From: Azolla caroliniana
Taxonomy: Eukaryota > Plantae > Polypodiophyta
NCBI GenBank assembly: GCA_043228905.1
Contig: JBHGNT010000018.1
Location: forward strand, 9,238,001-9,302,000
Length of the DNA stretch: 64,000 nt
Direction of reading: 5' to 3'
Positions 22,600 through 37,200 of this stretch are shown here, piece after piece. Within the stretch, counting starts at the first letter, position 1; every line of letters starts with the position of its first letter. The notes under the pieces were generated by a model. The model was not told where the DNA came from. It saw only the letters and a list, made by a program, of their open reading frames with translations, and ran no database searches. The translations under genes were made by a program, and so were the position numbers.

Positions 22600-25500
22600 C
22601 GTTTTTCTTATTTGTTTTTGTTGCTCTCTCTTCTTCTTTTTGCGCCCCCTGTTTCCGTCACTTTTCAAACGGTAAACTCTTTAGATGTGATAAGGTTTTT
22701 TTTGTCTCTCTTTAGCTGTATCTGATTATCTGAGTGAAATTTCCATTAAAATCATCTAGATCTGTGGGCGAGAAGAAAGCCATTTTTCTTAGCTTAAATG
22801 ATCGGATGTTTGGGCTGAGAATAATGCTCATGTTTTTGAAAAAATAAATAAATCAGAATTGGGTCAAATTAGGAGACGTTTATAGTCAATTTGTGCAAAT
22901 ATTCTAGAATAACGATAACATATCATAGTTAATTTGTTCATTATACCTTAATCCTTTGTATTGAGGATGCTCCTGGTCGTTTTGTATTTCTTTTTCATTG
23001 TTAAGGTACATCATGAACTTTCTACTGCATTAAAGAGTGCTGAAGAAAGCCTTCTACAGTTGAAACGTAACCGACTTCTACACGAAATAGATGATGTTTT
23101 GAATGCAAGAGCTAGCGAGAGTGCCAAAAACGCAAAAGGAACCAGTGAGGTTTTGGGGTTGGAAATAACTGAAACCATTGAAAACAGGGAAGATTTGAAA
23201 TCCTCTCCATCCGAAGCTTTGGCAATTGATTCAAATTTTATGGTTGGATCCAAATGTCGCTTTAGGTATTCTGATGGACGATGGTATAATGGTCACGTTA
23301 TTGGTTTGGAAAATAAGGGACTGGCAAGGATTTCTTTTTTAACTCCAACAACAGAGAAGATGCAGGTACTCTTGTCATCCCCATTTGACTTATGGTTTTT
23401 ACACAAGTTTCATCAATGTTTTTCCCATTGATTACATCGAATTTTGAAGTTATTATCTTGATTCATGGTTGAAATTATTTTGCCAAATTCCACTCGGACA
23501 GGAACATAGTGAATTGAGTTGATGACTCACACTTACTAGGAATTCTTCGTTGAAGATCAATAATTGCAACGATCTATTCTTATCACGATGAAATTTTGAA
23601 AGTTAATCCAAACCTATTAGTCCAAAAGCTACCCCAGATTTGTTTGGATATTGTGGAATTAGAAACCCAACAGAAAGTGTTGAAGAAGACCGGAAATTAA
23701 AGAAGAATTGAAACACAAACTGAAATAGGGAAAAGAATGAAGAAGAAGGGACAGGCAAATTGTAGAAGGATTTCACTGTGTCCAAATTGAGGAAATAATT
23801 CTCTGTAAAATAAGGAGAAAACTCACTCTTTGGCTCACTGGATCTCTCTCTCAAGATAAAATGAACAGATAGGACTCTATATCAATACAGGAGATATAGA
23901 GGCTTGTATATACATTGGCTAAGGCATATGTATGCATGTCCAGATTTTCTGAAGCATTTATAACAAGTTTTTCTCTTTTGCTTCGAAAGAAAAAAATGCT
24001 TCATCAAGAAGCAATTTTGCTTTTCAGTTTAGCCAAAATGACCATATTGTTACATATTTAAAATAGAGTGGCATTGTAGAGGCACATAAAATAAACGCTG
24101 TCGTATGAAGATCATCTGATTTTCATTACTCTTCAAGTTATCAAATAAATTAGGTTGTAGTAGATAGTGTACTGAGTCGTGACTCTTGGAAGGCTCTGAA
24201 AGAAACCATATGTGAAGATCAAAACACTAGATCAAGCCCTTTTCGAAACTCAGAAAGTGCCAAGTAGTATTTGAACTTGTGACCTTGCTAATGCATTTCC
24301 TTTAGCTATACATTAGACTATTGTCCACTTCTGTAGAAACTATAACCATCGGCCTTTGTCATGAACTGGGGTCCTTTAATGATTTGAAGGTAGCTTTTTT
24401 GTATTTGTGAAGATCGTGCAATTTGTGTCGCATTTATCAATGGTCAAGGTTGGTTTAAAATTTTTTGTTAACATAAACTTATCAGCTGTAGATTTGTTGA
24501 AGTTAATTATGAACTTACTGTTTTGCTAACCACCTCTCTCTGCCATGTCAGCAGGGCGTGTCATGATCTATAAATCCTCACTTATCTTTTCTCTATGACA
24601 CCACTGTCATTTTCAACTATTTCAGTCCTTTACAGCATATCTCTCTCTAAATATAAAATTGTCTCTATTTCTATTCTGTGTTTTGTGAACCATCTTAAAT
24701 TCTAAACAACCGATTCTTTTCATGCAATGTGAAAGATTATGAATTTGTATCATGAATGAACAGTGGTTTAAAAAGTTTTTTCTGTTAATGAGTAACATGA
24801 ACCTTATGAAACACAGATTTGTAAGTTCTATGCGGAGCATCGGTGCCGATTCGGCGAGAATTGCCGCATGTCCCATGGTGGGTGATGTTGAGAAGGTTGA
24901 TAATGTCACTTGAAGAAGAAGATTCATCATGTTTTTTAAAAGAAATGAGAACTTCTGGCAGGTTATGTGGTGCCATTAGATGCACTAAAGCCATTCAAAT
25001 TCCAGATATTGAAGGCACCATGTATAGGTTCTGTGGTCCTGGCATCCCATTCTTCCAATGGGGAAGGAATATGGAGATCTGCAGAAATTGAATCTTGGAA
25101 CAATGATCTCGGTCGTGGTAAAGCTGTATTCGTGGATGATGGAAGCTGCCTCGAAGTTGGAATTGAGAATTTGTGCTCTTCAGAGTATGCACAAGTAAGT
25201 GATTTAGAAAGCTCAAGCACCAGTGATGATAATGAAGACGAAGACCAAGATGATGAAGACGAAGAAGACACCCAAGAAGCTGAAGAATATGATGATATTG
25301 GTGACTTTTCGGGGTTAGGAAGCAAAGATTTGATGAAAGTCAACTCCCCAATGGATAATAACACTCAAGTTTTTGCCAAATGGGAGAAGCATACACGTGG
25401 TATGGCATCTAAAATTATGCTCAGTATGGGTTATAGAGAAGGTATGGGTCTTGGTAGAAGTGGACAAGGAATTGTTGTACCTATTCAGGCACGGGTTCTG

Positions 25501-26028
25501 CCGAAAGGTCAATCGTTGGATTTCATTGGGAAAGAAGAAAGCAATCAAATGGAAGGTAAAAAGATGAAGAAAAAGAGTAGTAGAGGCGGGAAACGCAAGC
25601 GTGATAAGAAGTTTGCCGAAGCTGCTCGTCTAGCCAGATTAGGGTCCGAGGAAGAAAGTTCGCTCGATGTGTTTGGATTTATTAATAACCAACTCTCAAC
25701 ACAAAAAGGGGAGGAAGATTCATTGGGCGTAAGTTTAAATGGGGAAAAGGCAGGTAGTAACTGGAGACAGGGAAAGGTGAAAACACAACACAAAGATACT
25801 AGGAGATCGCTTATGGCTCAAGCGGATGGGGTTGCGGAGCTTAAAAATAGAGTTGAAAAACTCGAAGAGATGGCGTTGCGCAACCGCAAAGATAAAGCTG
25901 TCTATGATGCTGTATCTAGGAAATTGGATGAAGCTCGAAGAGATCTTCGAGCTGCTGAGGCCAACCATGCATCTGCGAGCTTTGCTTTGCATAGTGAGGA
26001 GAAAGAGAAAAAGTGGCTTAAGTTTTGA
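22412..26028 (+). CDS. Zinc finger CCCH and G-patch domain protein (ZGPAT-like), 4 exons, ~542 aa
   Basis: Exons 22412-22552, 23006-23365, 24817-24877, 24962-26028 with GT-AG introns and consistent phase. Tudor-like GSKCRFRYSDGRWY, CCCH CKFYAEHRCRFGENCRMSH, G-patch HTRGMASKIMLSMGYREGMGLGRSGQGI, C-terminal KKWLKF. Confidence 0.93.
22555..22597. repeat. (CT)n microsatellite directly after the first coding splice donor of the ZGPAT-like gene
   Basis: Direct reading. Confidence 0.92.
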
Positions 26029-28267
26029 TCATTTATATTCATCTCTTTTACAACCCTTGTAATTTGTTTAAGAAATGTCATTTCTAGAATAGCTAATGCA
26101 ATTGAAAGCTTAAGAGACGGTTTTCTAGGCTTGCTTAATTTGCGTATAAATTATATTCATGTGCACATGCATCATGTCCTAATTGCTGACATTTACCTTA
26201 ATTACCCACACAAAGTGATGAATGATTTAAATGTTTACGCATAACGTTTCCTATTGGTGAACAATCAGCACTCAGCAAATTGCAAAGCAGAGCATTTTAT
26301 TGCAGTAAAAAGTGGACATTCATTTATACGATATAAATGATTGGGGAGCACAAGCTAGTTTTCCCACGATGTTAATATTGGGGAAAACATAGTTGAAATT
26401 AAAACCTGCATAAATTAAAGAGGAAAAGTGAAATGGTTAAAATATCCTTATGCACATGCTCCATTTATGCACAAGAAATCTATGTGTATTTATGCCTTGC
26501 CGAAGTGAAGAATTCTTGTTTGTTGTGGGATGAGATATGGTTTTTCATCCTTAATAGTAAAGTTGTGGAACTTTGGCATTTGTTTGATTTTGTGTATTTA
26601 GTTAGAGATTGAAATGTTTTTTAATGTGTAAAAAGAATAATGAATGACTTGCTGATTGCTTGTGTATACACAAAATTCCTTGATGACAAATTATTGAGTT
26701 GCTACGGAAAAGATTATACTCCAGTCAATGCATTTTATTCTTGGTTAGAACCTGTGCCTTGTGAGATATTTTAATTCTCAACACCGTCATGGCTCTTTCT
26801 TCAAATGGGCAGCTTAGTGTTTGAACACTATGAATTCCCCATTTACAATGTATGGAAACAAGTATTTGAGTTCAGTGGATATTTAGATAGAAATTGCAGG
26901 AAGCTATACAATATGCTCAAAAGTAGATACTAAATATAGCCTTCACGTAAAACTGTTTGGGGTTTGATTTGGCAAAGTATTATGGATCCTTGGGAATCAG
27001 GTAACTTTTATTGCCAAACATATATGTAGAATATAGGATGCCTTGAAGATAAAAACATCAAACTTTATGACAAATTCCTCCTTTGTGGAAGTAATCAATT
27101 TGTTCTAAATGTCCTCTAGGAGGTTGAAACATGAATGTTGTCCTTAAATTGTTTGAGGTTGTAGTGCGCAATATTCATTGTTGACCTCTAATTAGCTGAA
27201 TTCTTATTTCCTAAACAAATCACTAGGTAGTTATGACAGTATTAATCTTCTTCTTCACTAATAACTAATATATAATTGCAACAAACAATTTCCTGTTATG
27301 ATATTGTATCAAAGTTAGGGCAATTGGGAAGCTACATTGGAACAAGTTATAATGAGTCAAAAGTGAGAAGCATTAAACAATTTAAGATGGAAAAGAAAAA
27401 GCAAGTTGAAAACCATGCAAATATGATACAAATGCACAAATATTTCGTTTCTCTTTATTAACTAGTGGCCTTGATCAAATAACACATTATTTAAGTTTTC
27501 TGCGATTCACACATAGAAAGAATATATGAGTGGAATACGTTCTTTTAAATTTTATTTCAAACCATCCACTGAAAATTGATAACGACCCAATTGATCCCAC
27601 CACATTAGAATTGGTAATTCTAGACAAATCAATGCAACGGTTAATATTTGCATATAGGAGCTTGCCATCAATGGAAACATGAAATCCACAATATGCGACA
27701 AACTTGCCAGTAATTCATTAAAGAGGTATGCAAGACAAAATCTTTCTTGCCAATAAAAGAAAAGATGAAATGGTAATGTTTGGAGCCTCAACTACTTTGA
27801 TGGATAAAATTGTGAGCACAAGCTCATAAAGATGTAAATCAATCTACCAAATTGAGCCTTTTTTAGCTTTTCATTGATATAAAATGATGTGAAAGACTTG
27901 GCTAGTAATAAACAATAAATAGTGCAAAATAGGGCAAGGTGTAGAGCATGATGGAATATAAAAAATAATGAGCATCTAGTGCATGGAAAATCGTGCATTT
28001 TTGGCAGGTATCTTTAACCTAATCTTTCATACGGAAATGCAAAATAAGTGAAATTCTCACTTCTATAAGTTTAACACATATTATAGCTCTAAATGTGCAT
28101 CAACACCCAAATTCGAGAAAAATATAGAATATTAAAATCTTTAAACAATACATTCAATATTACAGATCCTTGATATACATCAGGCGTACATAATTGATAA
28201 TACTTGCTTTACATGAAGCCTTTAAATAGGGCTTCTATACAGCGTTTCCTTGGAGAAAAAATTAGCA

Positions 28268-31200
28268 TCAGTAAGAACTATGTCGCCGAAAATGAGAATC
28301 ACCAAGCGGCAACCAGCGATATGGCATAGGAGAAGTAACCGAAAGACCCATTCCAAGATCCTGATCTGGCTCTACATTGATCAGATCATGCACTGCTTCT
28401 TGAATACATTCATCACGTACACCTTCAACATGAGGATAATCCCCACAATATTTGTCTGGCAACAAACCACCTCTGCAACACCAATGGTAACAAAATATAT
28501 GATTTTTCAGCACGAGCTGCTGCTTTCAGAGAGACAACAAAAAAGCATAATGATAATCGACACTGGCATATTATGCAAAAATAGTTGGCCAAACGGTATA
28601 CAAACTAGTTGGCCAAACTAGCAAGGAGAACCTATACAAACAAAAAACGGTATGGAGCTTGCATTCACAAGAGGATTACACCACAAGAGATGGAACCCTT
28701 CAAAAAAGATATAGGATGACATCATTTCTAAAGATGTGAAAGGATTCTAGCAGGATGTGAATGAGTGTTTTCTAAGAGATCTTTTGAGCTGCAAAATGTC
28801 CGTAGATTTCTTTGACCATAGGGTTGTGCACTACAAAAAAAAATTATCGAAATAAAACAGTTCTATTTATAACTTGCTCATGAAGCCAAGAATTCAAACC
28901 AGGATCATCAGTGTCACTATCCATTCTACTATCATGACTCCCTCAATCATTGCTGATAAAGACAAATTATCCTCACACACACAGGGTAAAAAGACGACAA
29001 CTCTAGAAACAAAATTAGGAGACAGAATAAAATCAAACAATTAAATGTTTTTCATACTGTTTTGAAATATCATATCGCTTCGGTGTCAAGTATTTTGCCA
29101 CGGTCAACTTCAATCCACTTCCATCATCCATGGGAAAGAAGTACTGCCAATAGACTCATAGAACATTAGTAACAGAACACATGCTATTGAGATGCAAGCC
29201 ACCTACCTATATAACACAAGACATGATGACTTGTTCAGCAAAGCACATAGGTACTTTCCTAATTTCTCACATAGAATGCAATTCCTGAACTGCTTAAGAT
29301 GCAAAACACCAATTCCTCACTCAATGGAGACATAGCAACTCACTTGTACAACACCCTTGCCAAAGGTTCTTTCTCCAAGAACAATTGTTCTCCCATTGTC
29401 TTGTAGAGCACCTAAAAGGACCTGATAGAGAAAACTAATTTCATAAACTTTCTGAATATATAAAGGCACTACTCTATACCAGTGCACACAAAATGAATTA
29501 AGATTCATTTACTTCGCTTGCACTCGCACTATTTCGATTGCAAATGGTCACAACGGGAGCATGAGTTAATACACCAGGATGTCTCCGAAAGATTGTATTC
29601 TGCAAATAGACTTCTTAAATTTTAACAAGAGCATACTTTATGTGAAACAACTTTCTACGATAAGCACGAGCTATAGATTATATAAAAATCTTCATGCTCG
29701 CATGCCATATATATATAATGATCAAACATGAGCATGTAAATTTCATTAGCTTTACATACTGGAAGACTGCCAGCCACATATGCAAAATCATCAATATCAG
29801 CTGCATTACTCCGTACTGTTTCTGTGATATCACAGCCCTTGCAATCTAACCAAAGAGCCTGCAATATATCAGATTACTTCATCCAATATCTATTAAAAGA
29901 GAGTATAGAAACATGTAAATTTCATTGAGAAGAAAGTTCTTACAGCCATGGCTACTGCTTCTTCGAATACACCCCCTGGATTATTCCTCAGATCAAGTAC
30001 TGCAAGATATTTTAGTGTGATGGAAGTCAATAGCATCCAAAATGCGCAGATTATTGTTGAAAGCATATTCAAAGGCCTTACTGTAGCCATCTACCCCAAG
30101 AGACTCTCCTTCTCTGATTGCTGAAGCCATCCTTTTGGTGCCATCATGTGTAAAATAATGCAACCGAATATATGCTACCAGCTTACCATTGCCAGCATCC
30201 ATCATTTGCAATTTTAATGGAGGCAATGGAAGTGACCTTCTTTCCAAAAGGAGTTTTTGAGGAACAGCTTCAGGGTTTTGAGCAATAATTTCCAGTTCCA
30301 CCTGCCAATTAACAGAAAATGTTATATGAATATGCTGCAGCTGTTATTAGCATAGTGCCATGGGTAAAAAAAGTCATCACATTATCTTTAGGGAAACACA
30401 GCAAGGTCAAGGGTAGTGTACAAATATTGAATTTCCTTGATTATGTCTACACAAATCCTTTTTTTGCATATAGAGAGTCTAGAGTTGAGTTTTATTAGCA
30501 TCTAATACAGATAGAACTTTTGCTTAGAAAAAATCCCTCCAATATTTCTCTACCCTCCTCACATTGACACTGTTATTCATCTGGTACCTCACAGATGGAC
30601 CTCCAACATCAAGGTAGCCATCATCACAGCCTGGGACAAAGCCAAGATCGATCAATTGAGTCCCAATCCCATACTATCAGAAAATCTCTCTAAAAGCCCA
30701 GCAATGGTATTAAATTAAAAACTGTTTGAACCATTTTGAAACTAGTTTTACGCAGAATTAATTAGGAGAAATCAGATCGTAGTAGTTGTAACTACCTTGA
30801 CTAGATAATCTGACAATAGTGGAAATAGTCAGGGGCTTATAATCGTACTTTCAGTTCAGAAGTAATAGCTATTTTGTTGTGCATTTATGTGCTCAACAAT
30901 TACAGTGCAGTCAGAGTTTAGATATAATGACTAATGTAATCCGATCCTACTGGAAATAGTAATTAGTGGCATCTTTGAGTATGGCTAGGTGAGGATTAAC
31001 TAGGATTCACGTTAATATTGGCCTGACTACTTATAATAGTTCTGAATATACATTTGCAAGTGCTTGATCTTGCATTTTGAGAGTGTGCTAGGTAGATTTG
31101 GATACCTTATTTCATTTTCTTGAAAATTTAAGAGGAAGACTGGACTAGATTCATGAAAACTCTCAGGTATTCCGGCTAGATTCTAAGGCTTATATCCTTA

Positions 31201-34200
31201 GATTGACACCCTTTTAAATTCCAAAGGCTAGCCTAGTGAATGATAAAGCTAACTTTCACACTTAGAACTTAAGCACAGCCAGTTAACTAATTCAACAAAC
31301 AAAACTCACTACATGCCTAGATGAAAAGAATTCCTTCACATCATCTGCAGTTCACAACCTTTTCATGAATGCACGTGACATGAAAACATGCTTTTCTATA
31401 CAAAAAAACTGTCACATTTGCAATTGCACTGCATTACACAAATACCCCCTCAAATAAAAGAGTTCCATAGAAAAGTTTGTTTTTCTGGAAAAAACATATG
31501 AGATTTACAAACTTTAAAAATCCATTTGTTCTGCTGAACCACATTATCTAATACAAGCAATAAGGCAAGGACATGAAAGATACCAATGAGCCAATTGGAC
31601 CTCGAAGCAATGTGACGGCTTCATCAGGAGTAAGCTCATCAACTGGATAACCATCCACAGACAAAAGACGCTCACCACCCAAGATTCCAGCCTGTGAAAT
31701 TAAGTACTTTAATTGTCGATGTGCATTTAGGAATAAGACAGTTCAGAAAAACAAACAGGATTAGCCTATGAATAAAAAGCACAACAATTTGCATCAATAT
31801 AGCATGGTGAAGAAAAAGAGAGGGGACCAACGAATTCATGCTATAACACCACGCCAATCATTACCTAATGTGGCATATTCCTTCCACCAATCATTATGTT
31901 GTTTGTATATCTCATGATAAAAATACATGGATAATAATGATTATAGGCATCTTTTTTATCCATAAATTCTGAGATTCATCTATATATAGCATGAAACAAA
32001 ATGTAGTTTTAATAACATGTTAGATAGTAACAAGCTATACTTCCATTAGTTACCATTCACAGAAACCAGAATGTTATTAAAGATGCTCACTCCCATCGAC
32101 TGCAGGCATGTTAAGGGGTTAATTAAGCAGCATTTCAGAGCAAAGGCCATCACATGCCAGAATTGTCAATGTGCATGTGCCATGCATATGGAATTCGGGA
32201 ATCAAGGGGATGCAAGAAGTGTAGGGTCAAATCAAAGGAATTGCAAGGAGATAAGCTTCTAGCAAGCATGAGGCATGTAAATGGGGCATTCATTACATAA
32301 AAAATTCATCAAGACTTCATAAGTCATTTGGTTGAGAAATGACTCAACAGCTCTCATTCTCCACCGTCCAAACAGGATTGTTCATCAAACAAATGAAGAG
32401 GATTTTAAATTTTCCATATTGGAATCTAAAACATGATTTCGAAAAGTTATGAACATGTTTGGAGCATTTTGCTGTATTTATAAGAGACTTATACACTGTG
32501 AAACTGTCTGAATTTTCAAAATTCAAGTTCAACGCCCCAATTTCAATAACTGGAACACAGTATATTAGGATGAAATAGAGTTCTCATAATTCATGTTAAA
32601 AAGGACAAGAAGGTGAGAATTTGAACACTTGAGAAAAAGGTTACAAAGTGACATTTGAAATGATTCACAACTATAGTGTTCTATAACCATTCCATGAGAA
32701 AAGGGTACCTTGTGAAACATATGAAAATGTTTCACAACTATCTGTTGAAATTTTGATTGAGACTAGACCCCAGACTCAAATCAGCTTTTCATTACCTTTT
32801 CTAGCTATAGAGAAAAACTGGGGCTGCTTCAAATATTGACCGAAACAAGTTAATTAATGCTGAAAAATGCGAAGAAAAACTAGCCTCCACTCACCTACAA
32901 GAACTTTAATAGGAAGCATAGCTCTCATTTTCATCAGTGATTCAGATGTACTCTCAAAGTCCTACAGTGTTATCTAGCTATGTCGTACAGAGGAGTCTAT
33001 AGACTCGAGGAAACTATACAGCTTAATATAACCAGTCAAGTAGCTACCACATCAAACATCGTTGTCATGTTGATGCAACTCGAATAAAATAATACATACC
33101 AAACTATTATAGGCATTACCAATAAAACAATTGCCATTTTCATCCAATCTCTTTCTATGAGATGATGTAAATCTATTATGGATAATATCGGTGGTGATTA
33201 GTACTATTCAAAAATCAACCTCTTCAGCAGGAGAGCCAGCAAAAGGAGCAACAATCTCAAATCCACCCTTTGGATGTCGTCTTCCAATCTGCATGAAAAA
33301 TTCCTAGCTATAAGAAACTAAAGCAGTGCAGGATTCTTTAAAATGATAATGCAGGGAATAGCTGCATGAGAACATATGCATACACAACTGTGAGCTGCAT
33401 TGATTTACTTATTCATTCCATTATCTTCTTTGATATATACTGATATGAAATTAAATACAAAACTCAGAGGCACAAAGCACTGTTATATGGGCATGATGAG
33501 AAAAATATTTAAATATAAGAATAGCACTATGAGTCCATGGAGAACCTCCATTCCAACTCCAGTATATTGATAAACCAAATACTTCAGCTCGGACTGGATG
33601 GGCCGACGAAGTGCAAATCTGTACTCTTCAGGAGTAAGAAATGAGCTATATCGATCCCCAAGCCGAGCAACCAATTGTTTCACAGCTTTATACCTAAACA
33701 AACCTTTTCCTATTAAGTCAAAGAAATGTGCGCATATAAAATGCATATGAAATGTGTGTCCTCTTCAAAAGCTATGAATCACTATCACTACTTTCCACTT
33801 ACGTTTCAGTTTTAGAATACAGCAAACCACCTGCCTCTTCTAAAGATTGGAGCAAATCACCGGCCCATTCTGTCTGAGAAAATCTGTTTAATAGATATCA
33901 GCACCTTAGCCAAAATAAAGATCGTCTTTATGCCCATCCTTCTATATGTAAAAGCACCTTCCATATTGATCGAAATATTCCTGCAATGCTCGGAAAGTAT
34001 GGTATCCTAAGAATAGCTGTGTATATGCATGAAACCAAATAGAAATAGAAGTACATCTCAAAGGCAAAATTAATTTATAGTTCTCAATAATGTACTTAAT
34101 CAAATTGAAACAAATTTACACATGAAAAATCAGTCACCTACATTAGATACGGTTTGCCATACTTGCTCCAACAACCTGAATTAACAAAAACAATCAGGAA

Positions 34201-37200
34201 TATCACCCACTTCCACTATCATTAAATTAAACATTAAGCAAGAAAAAATAGGAAACTATGATCATGACATGTACATGTAACAAGTATAAATGATGCAAAC
34301 AATGTGGAAAACAAGAGAGCTATTTACATACAATAGTATTCAAGAATCTACACAAATGAAATCACAGAGAATGGGGAAAAGAAGTGCTGATTGTGAGGGT
34401 GGCAAGAACACCTCCTAGGAGAGTGTCGCCAAAATGACTGACTGCTTCAACCAACTCATTGGTCTGAATTACTAATGAAAAAATAAAGTACTGGTTCTGT
34501 TTAATCAAGCCTCATACTATGAACCCTACTACGATAGCCAAGAAGGAATTATTTCAAACAAAGCAACAAACTTTCATGCAGGTGGGTGTATTTTTAGAAG
34601 AGGATCTTAGTGCCCAAGCTAGCACATAGGGGAGAATCTATGCTGCTTGCTGCTAGTGCAAAGGGAAAGGTTGGCCTTCTATAGAAGCAAAGTGGTGATT
34701 CTAGAAAAGCACACCAATTGACAGTGGGAGACCTATTGGTCCTGATTTCGGCTTGCATTGAGAATGAAAAAAAATGATATCTTACTTAACCACAAAGAAA
34801 CAAAACATACTACCAACGCTTCAAGCATACTTGCTAAAAGAATGAGCAACTATGGAAATTTGATTACAACTTAAATAAGATTCTGAGAGCAATTGTTCCA
34901 AACAAGATAGCTTGCACTGAAAATAGAAAGAAATCTGAAATTTCACTTAATTAAAAAGAAACCAAACACACGATCAATACTTCAAGCACATTTCCTAAAA
35001 GAATGAGCAACCTATTCTCAGTATTTTGTTCCTTGACATTATTAGGACATCCCACTGGTTCCTCACATCTTACACTGCCTTTGTCCATTGATAATTTGAA
35101 GCCATTCCACCAGCTTCTCTTGCCTTTAGGTGTGACTAGCCCCAAATTCATGATGGTAAGTGTGAAGTCAGTTTTGGTTCGTAAGAAAAGATTGTGGCAA
35201 ACACGTTGAATGCTAAGATGTCTAAGAATAAAGCGCAATGAGAAAGGATCAAGTGTTAAAGGAGGAAGGAACTTGAAAGGATATAAAGAGGCGTTTTTCA
35301 AAAGTAAAAATAAAATAAAAAAAAAGGCATGGATATGAAGCTTTAGGTGGAGAAAAAAGCTCATAATTTCTTCATTCAATATCCAAATTTCAAAAGAAAA
35401 AATTCATAAAAAAATAAAAAATAAACTGACAACGAGAGCTTTCCAAAAATATCTTGTATGACAAATTACAAAGGAACGAAAGAAAGATATATTAACGTCT
35501 TTTAAGAGGCCAAAATGGCCAATAAGACCAAAAAAGAGATTACATCTTAAGTGTTGTCCTGTCTTTGAGAACAAATCAAAATAAAATAAATATTACACAG
35601 TAAATATAAAAGTAAATAAGATGAAAAGAAAAGAAACGAGGAAATCTGGTTTTTGGCACATGTGAGATTCTCAAGTTAGGTATATTGTAGCTTTTGTCTT
35701 CAAAAGATCTCTAGCATAGGTCGATCCAAAATGGAAATGTCTCCGAAGCAAGGGAAGCACCTACGATGGCGGGAGATAATGGCTTTTATCTGTCGATGAC
35801 AAGGGTGTCAAGGTCGTGGTCCATGGGGCCGGGGCCTACGTGCACGGCAAATTGCCATTGCCCGATCAATTGTAACCCCTTTGGTATGTCCTGGTCTTGA
35901 GCCCATTTGTGTGTCCCATGATTGACTTGTAGCATTAGTAGGAGTGATGGGGCTAAAGAAAGTTGTGATTGTTCTTTGTGGACAATGACAAACATAGTGT
36001 TCCTCAAATTCTACTCCTTGATGACACAATTGGCAAATTCTCTCTTCTAGAGGTAGTCGTGTATATCTGGCTACCTCAATCTGTAGCTGATGTGATGAAG
36101 TTCGCAGCTGCCCTATCACACTACGCAACGCATAGGATAGATGTATGTCCATATAAGGTGGCCTGATGGCGAATCCATCCTCCAATGTATGTAAGAAGTG
36201 TGTCTTAGAGTGGGCCATCTTTGTACCAAGTGGTATTTTGGGGCTGATCCATGTTATCTTATTTTCCAAGTTAATAATATCAGTTCAAATCACTTTGTTC
36301 TTTTCCACTTTGGTCATATTTAGATGGGGACAGTCCAAGCTATATTGGAACGGGGGTAGTGCATTTATACTCATGCCATGTGACTCGAACCATTGCTGCA
36401 TTTCAGCATACCAACAATGAGTGTCTCCATTTTCAGCCAGTTGTCTTAATGACATAAGTGCCAACCTTGGGTACCTTCGTTTAGGGAGCTCCCAAAGACG
36501 TTGGAGAAATAGTGATAGAAAAAAAGCACCTCACATAGACTTGAGTATATTTTTTTAAAGCAAGAATAACACAACCAAAAACCTATAAATAGGGGGGTAT
36601 TCTTAGCCAAAAAGGAATGGAGGAAGAAGAAGGTCTACAAGAAGTGAGAAGACCCTTGGTAGGAGGGAGGAAGAATAGAAGGTCTACAAGAAGTGAGAAG
36701 AACCTTGGTAGAAGGAAGGAAGAATTGAAGTCTATTTTTCATTTAGAGTCGTTGAAAGAAAAAAGTTCTATGTAGTTGAGTTTTTAGTTGGAGTCTAAGA
36801 AGCTTGTATTGTTCCCCTAATGTTATGATATAACGTTCCTTTATCTTCCTTGTCTCTTCTCAATCTTTTCTCTATCTCTCATCAGTAAGCACTGTCAAAT
36901 CTGAAAGTTAGAAGATAGTAGTGTACTATGATGAAAGCAAGGAAGTGGTTCACAGCCTATTTTCAGTATTTTGTTCTTTGCCATTATTAGGACATCCCAC
37001 TGATTCCTCACATCTTACATTGTCTTTGACATTGATGACTTGAAACCATTCCACCAGCTTCTCCTGCCTCTAGCTGTGATTAGCCCCAAATTCATGATGG
37101 TCAGCACTTTCAAATCTGAAAGTTAGCAGACAATAGTGTACTATGAATAAAGCAAGGAAGTGGTTCAGTCTCAAATAATCTACCCATTTGGAATAGGTGT

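Larger units (their letters stand above)
35010..37167 (+). repeat. ~215-bp intronic tandem duplication, first copy split by the solo LTR
   Basis: 35010-35160 joined to 36890-36952 matches 36956-37167. Confidence 0.8.

Noticed and set aside
28880-28940. SINE or tRNA relic in the last ctpA intron
   Set aside because: Only a weak B-box-like word; no convincing A-box spacing, tail or TSD.
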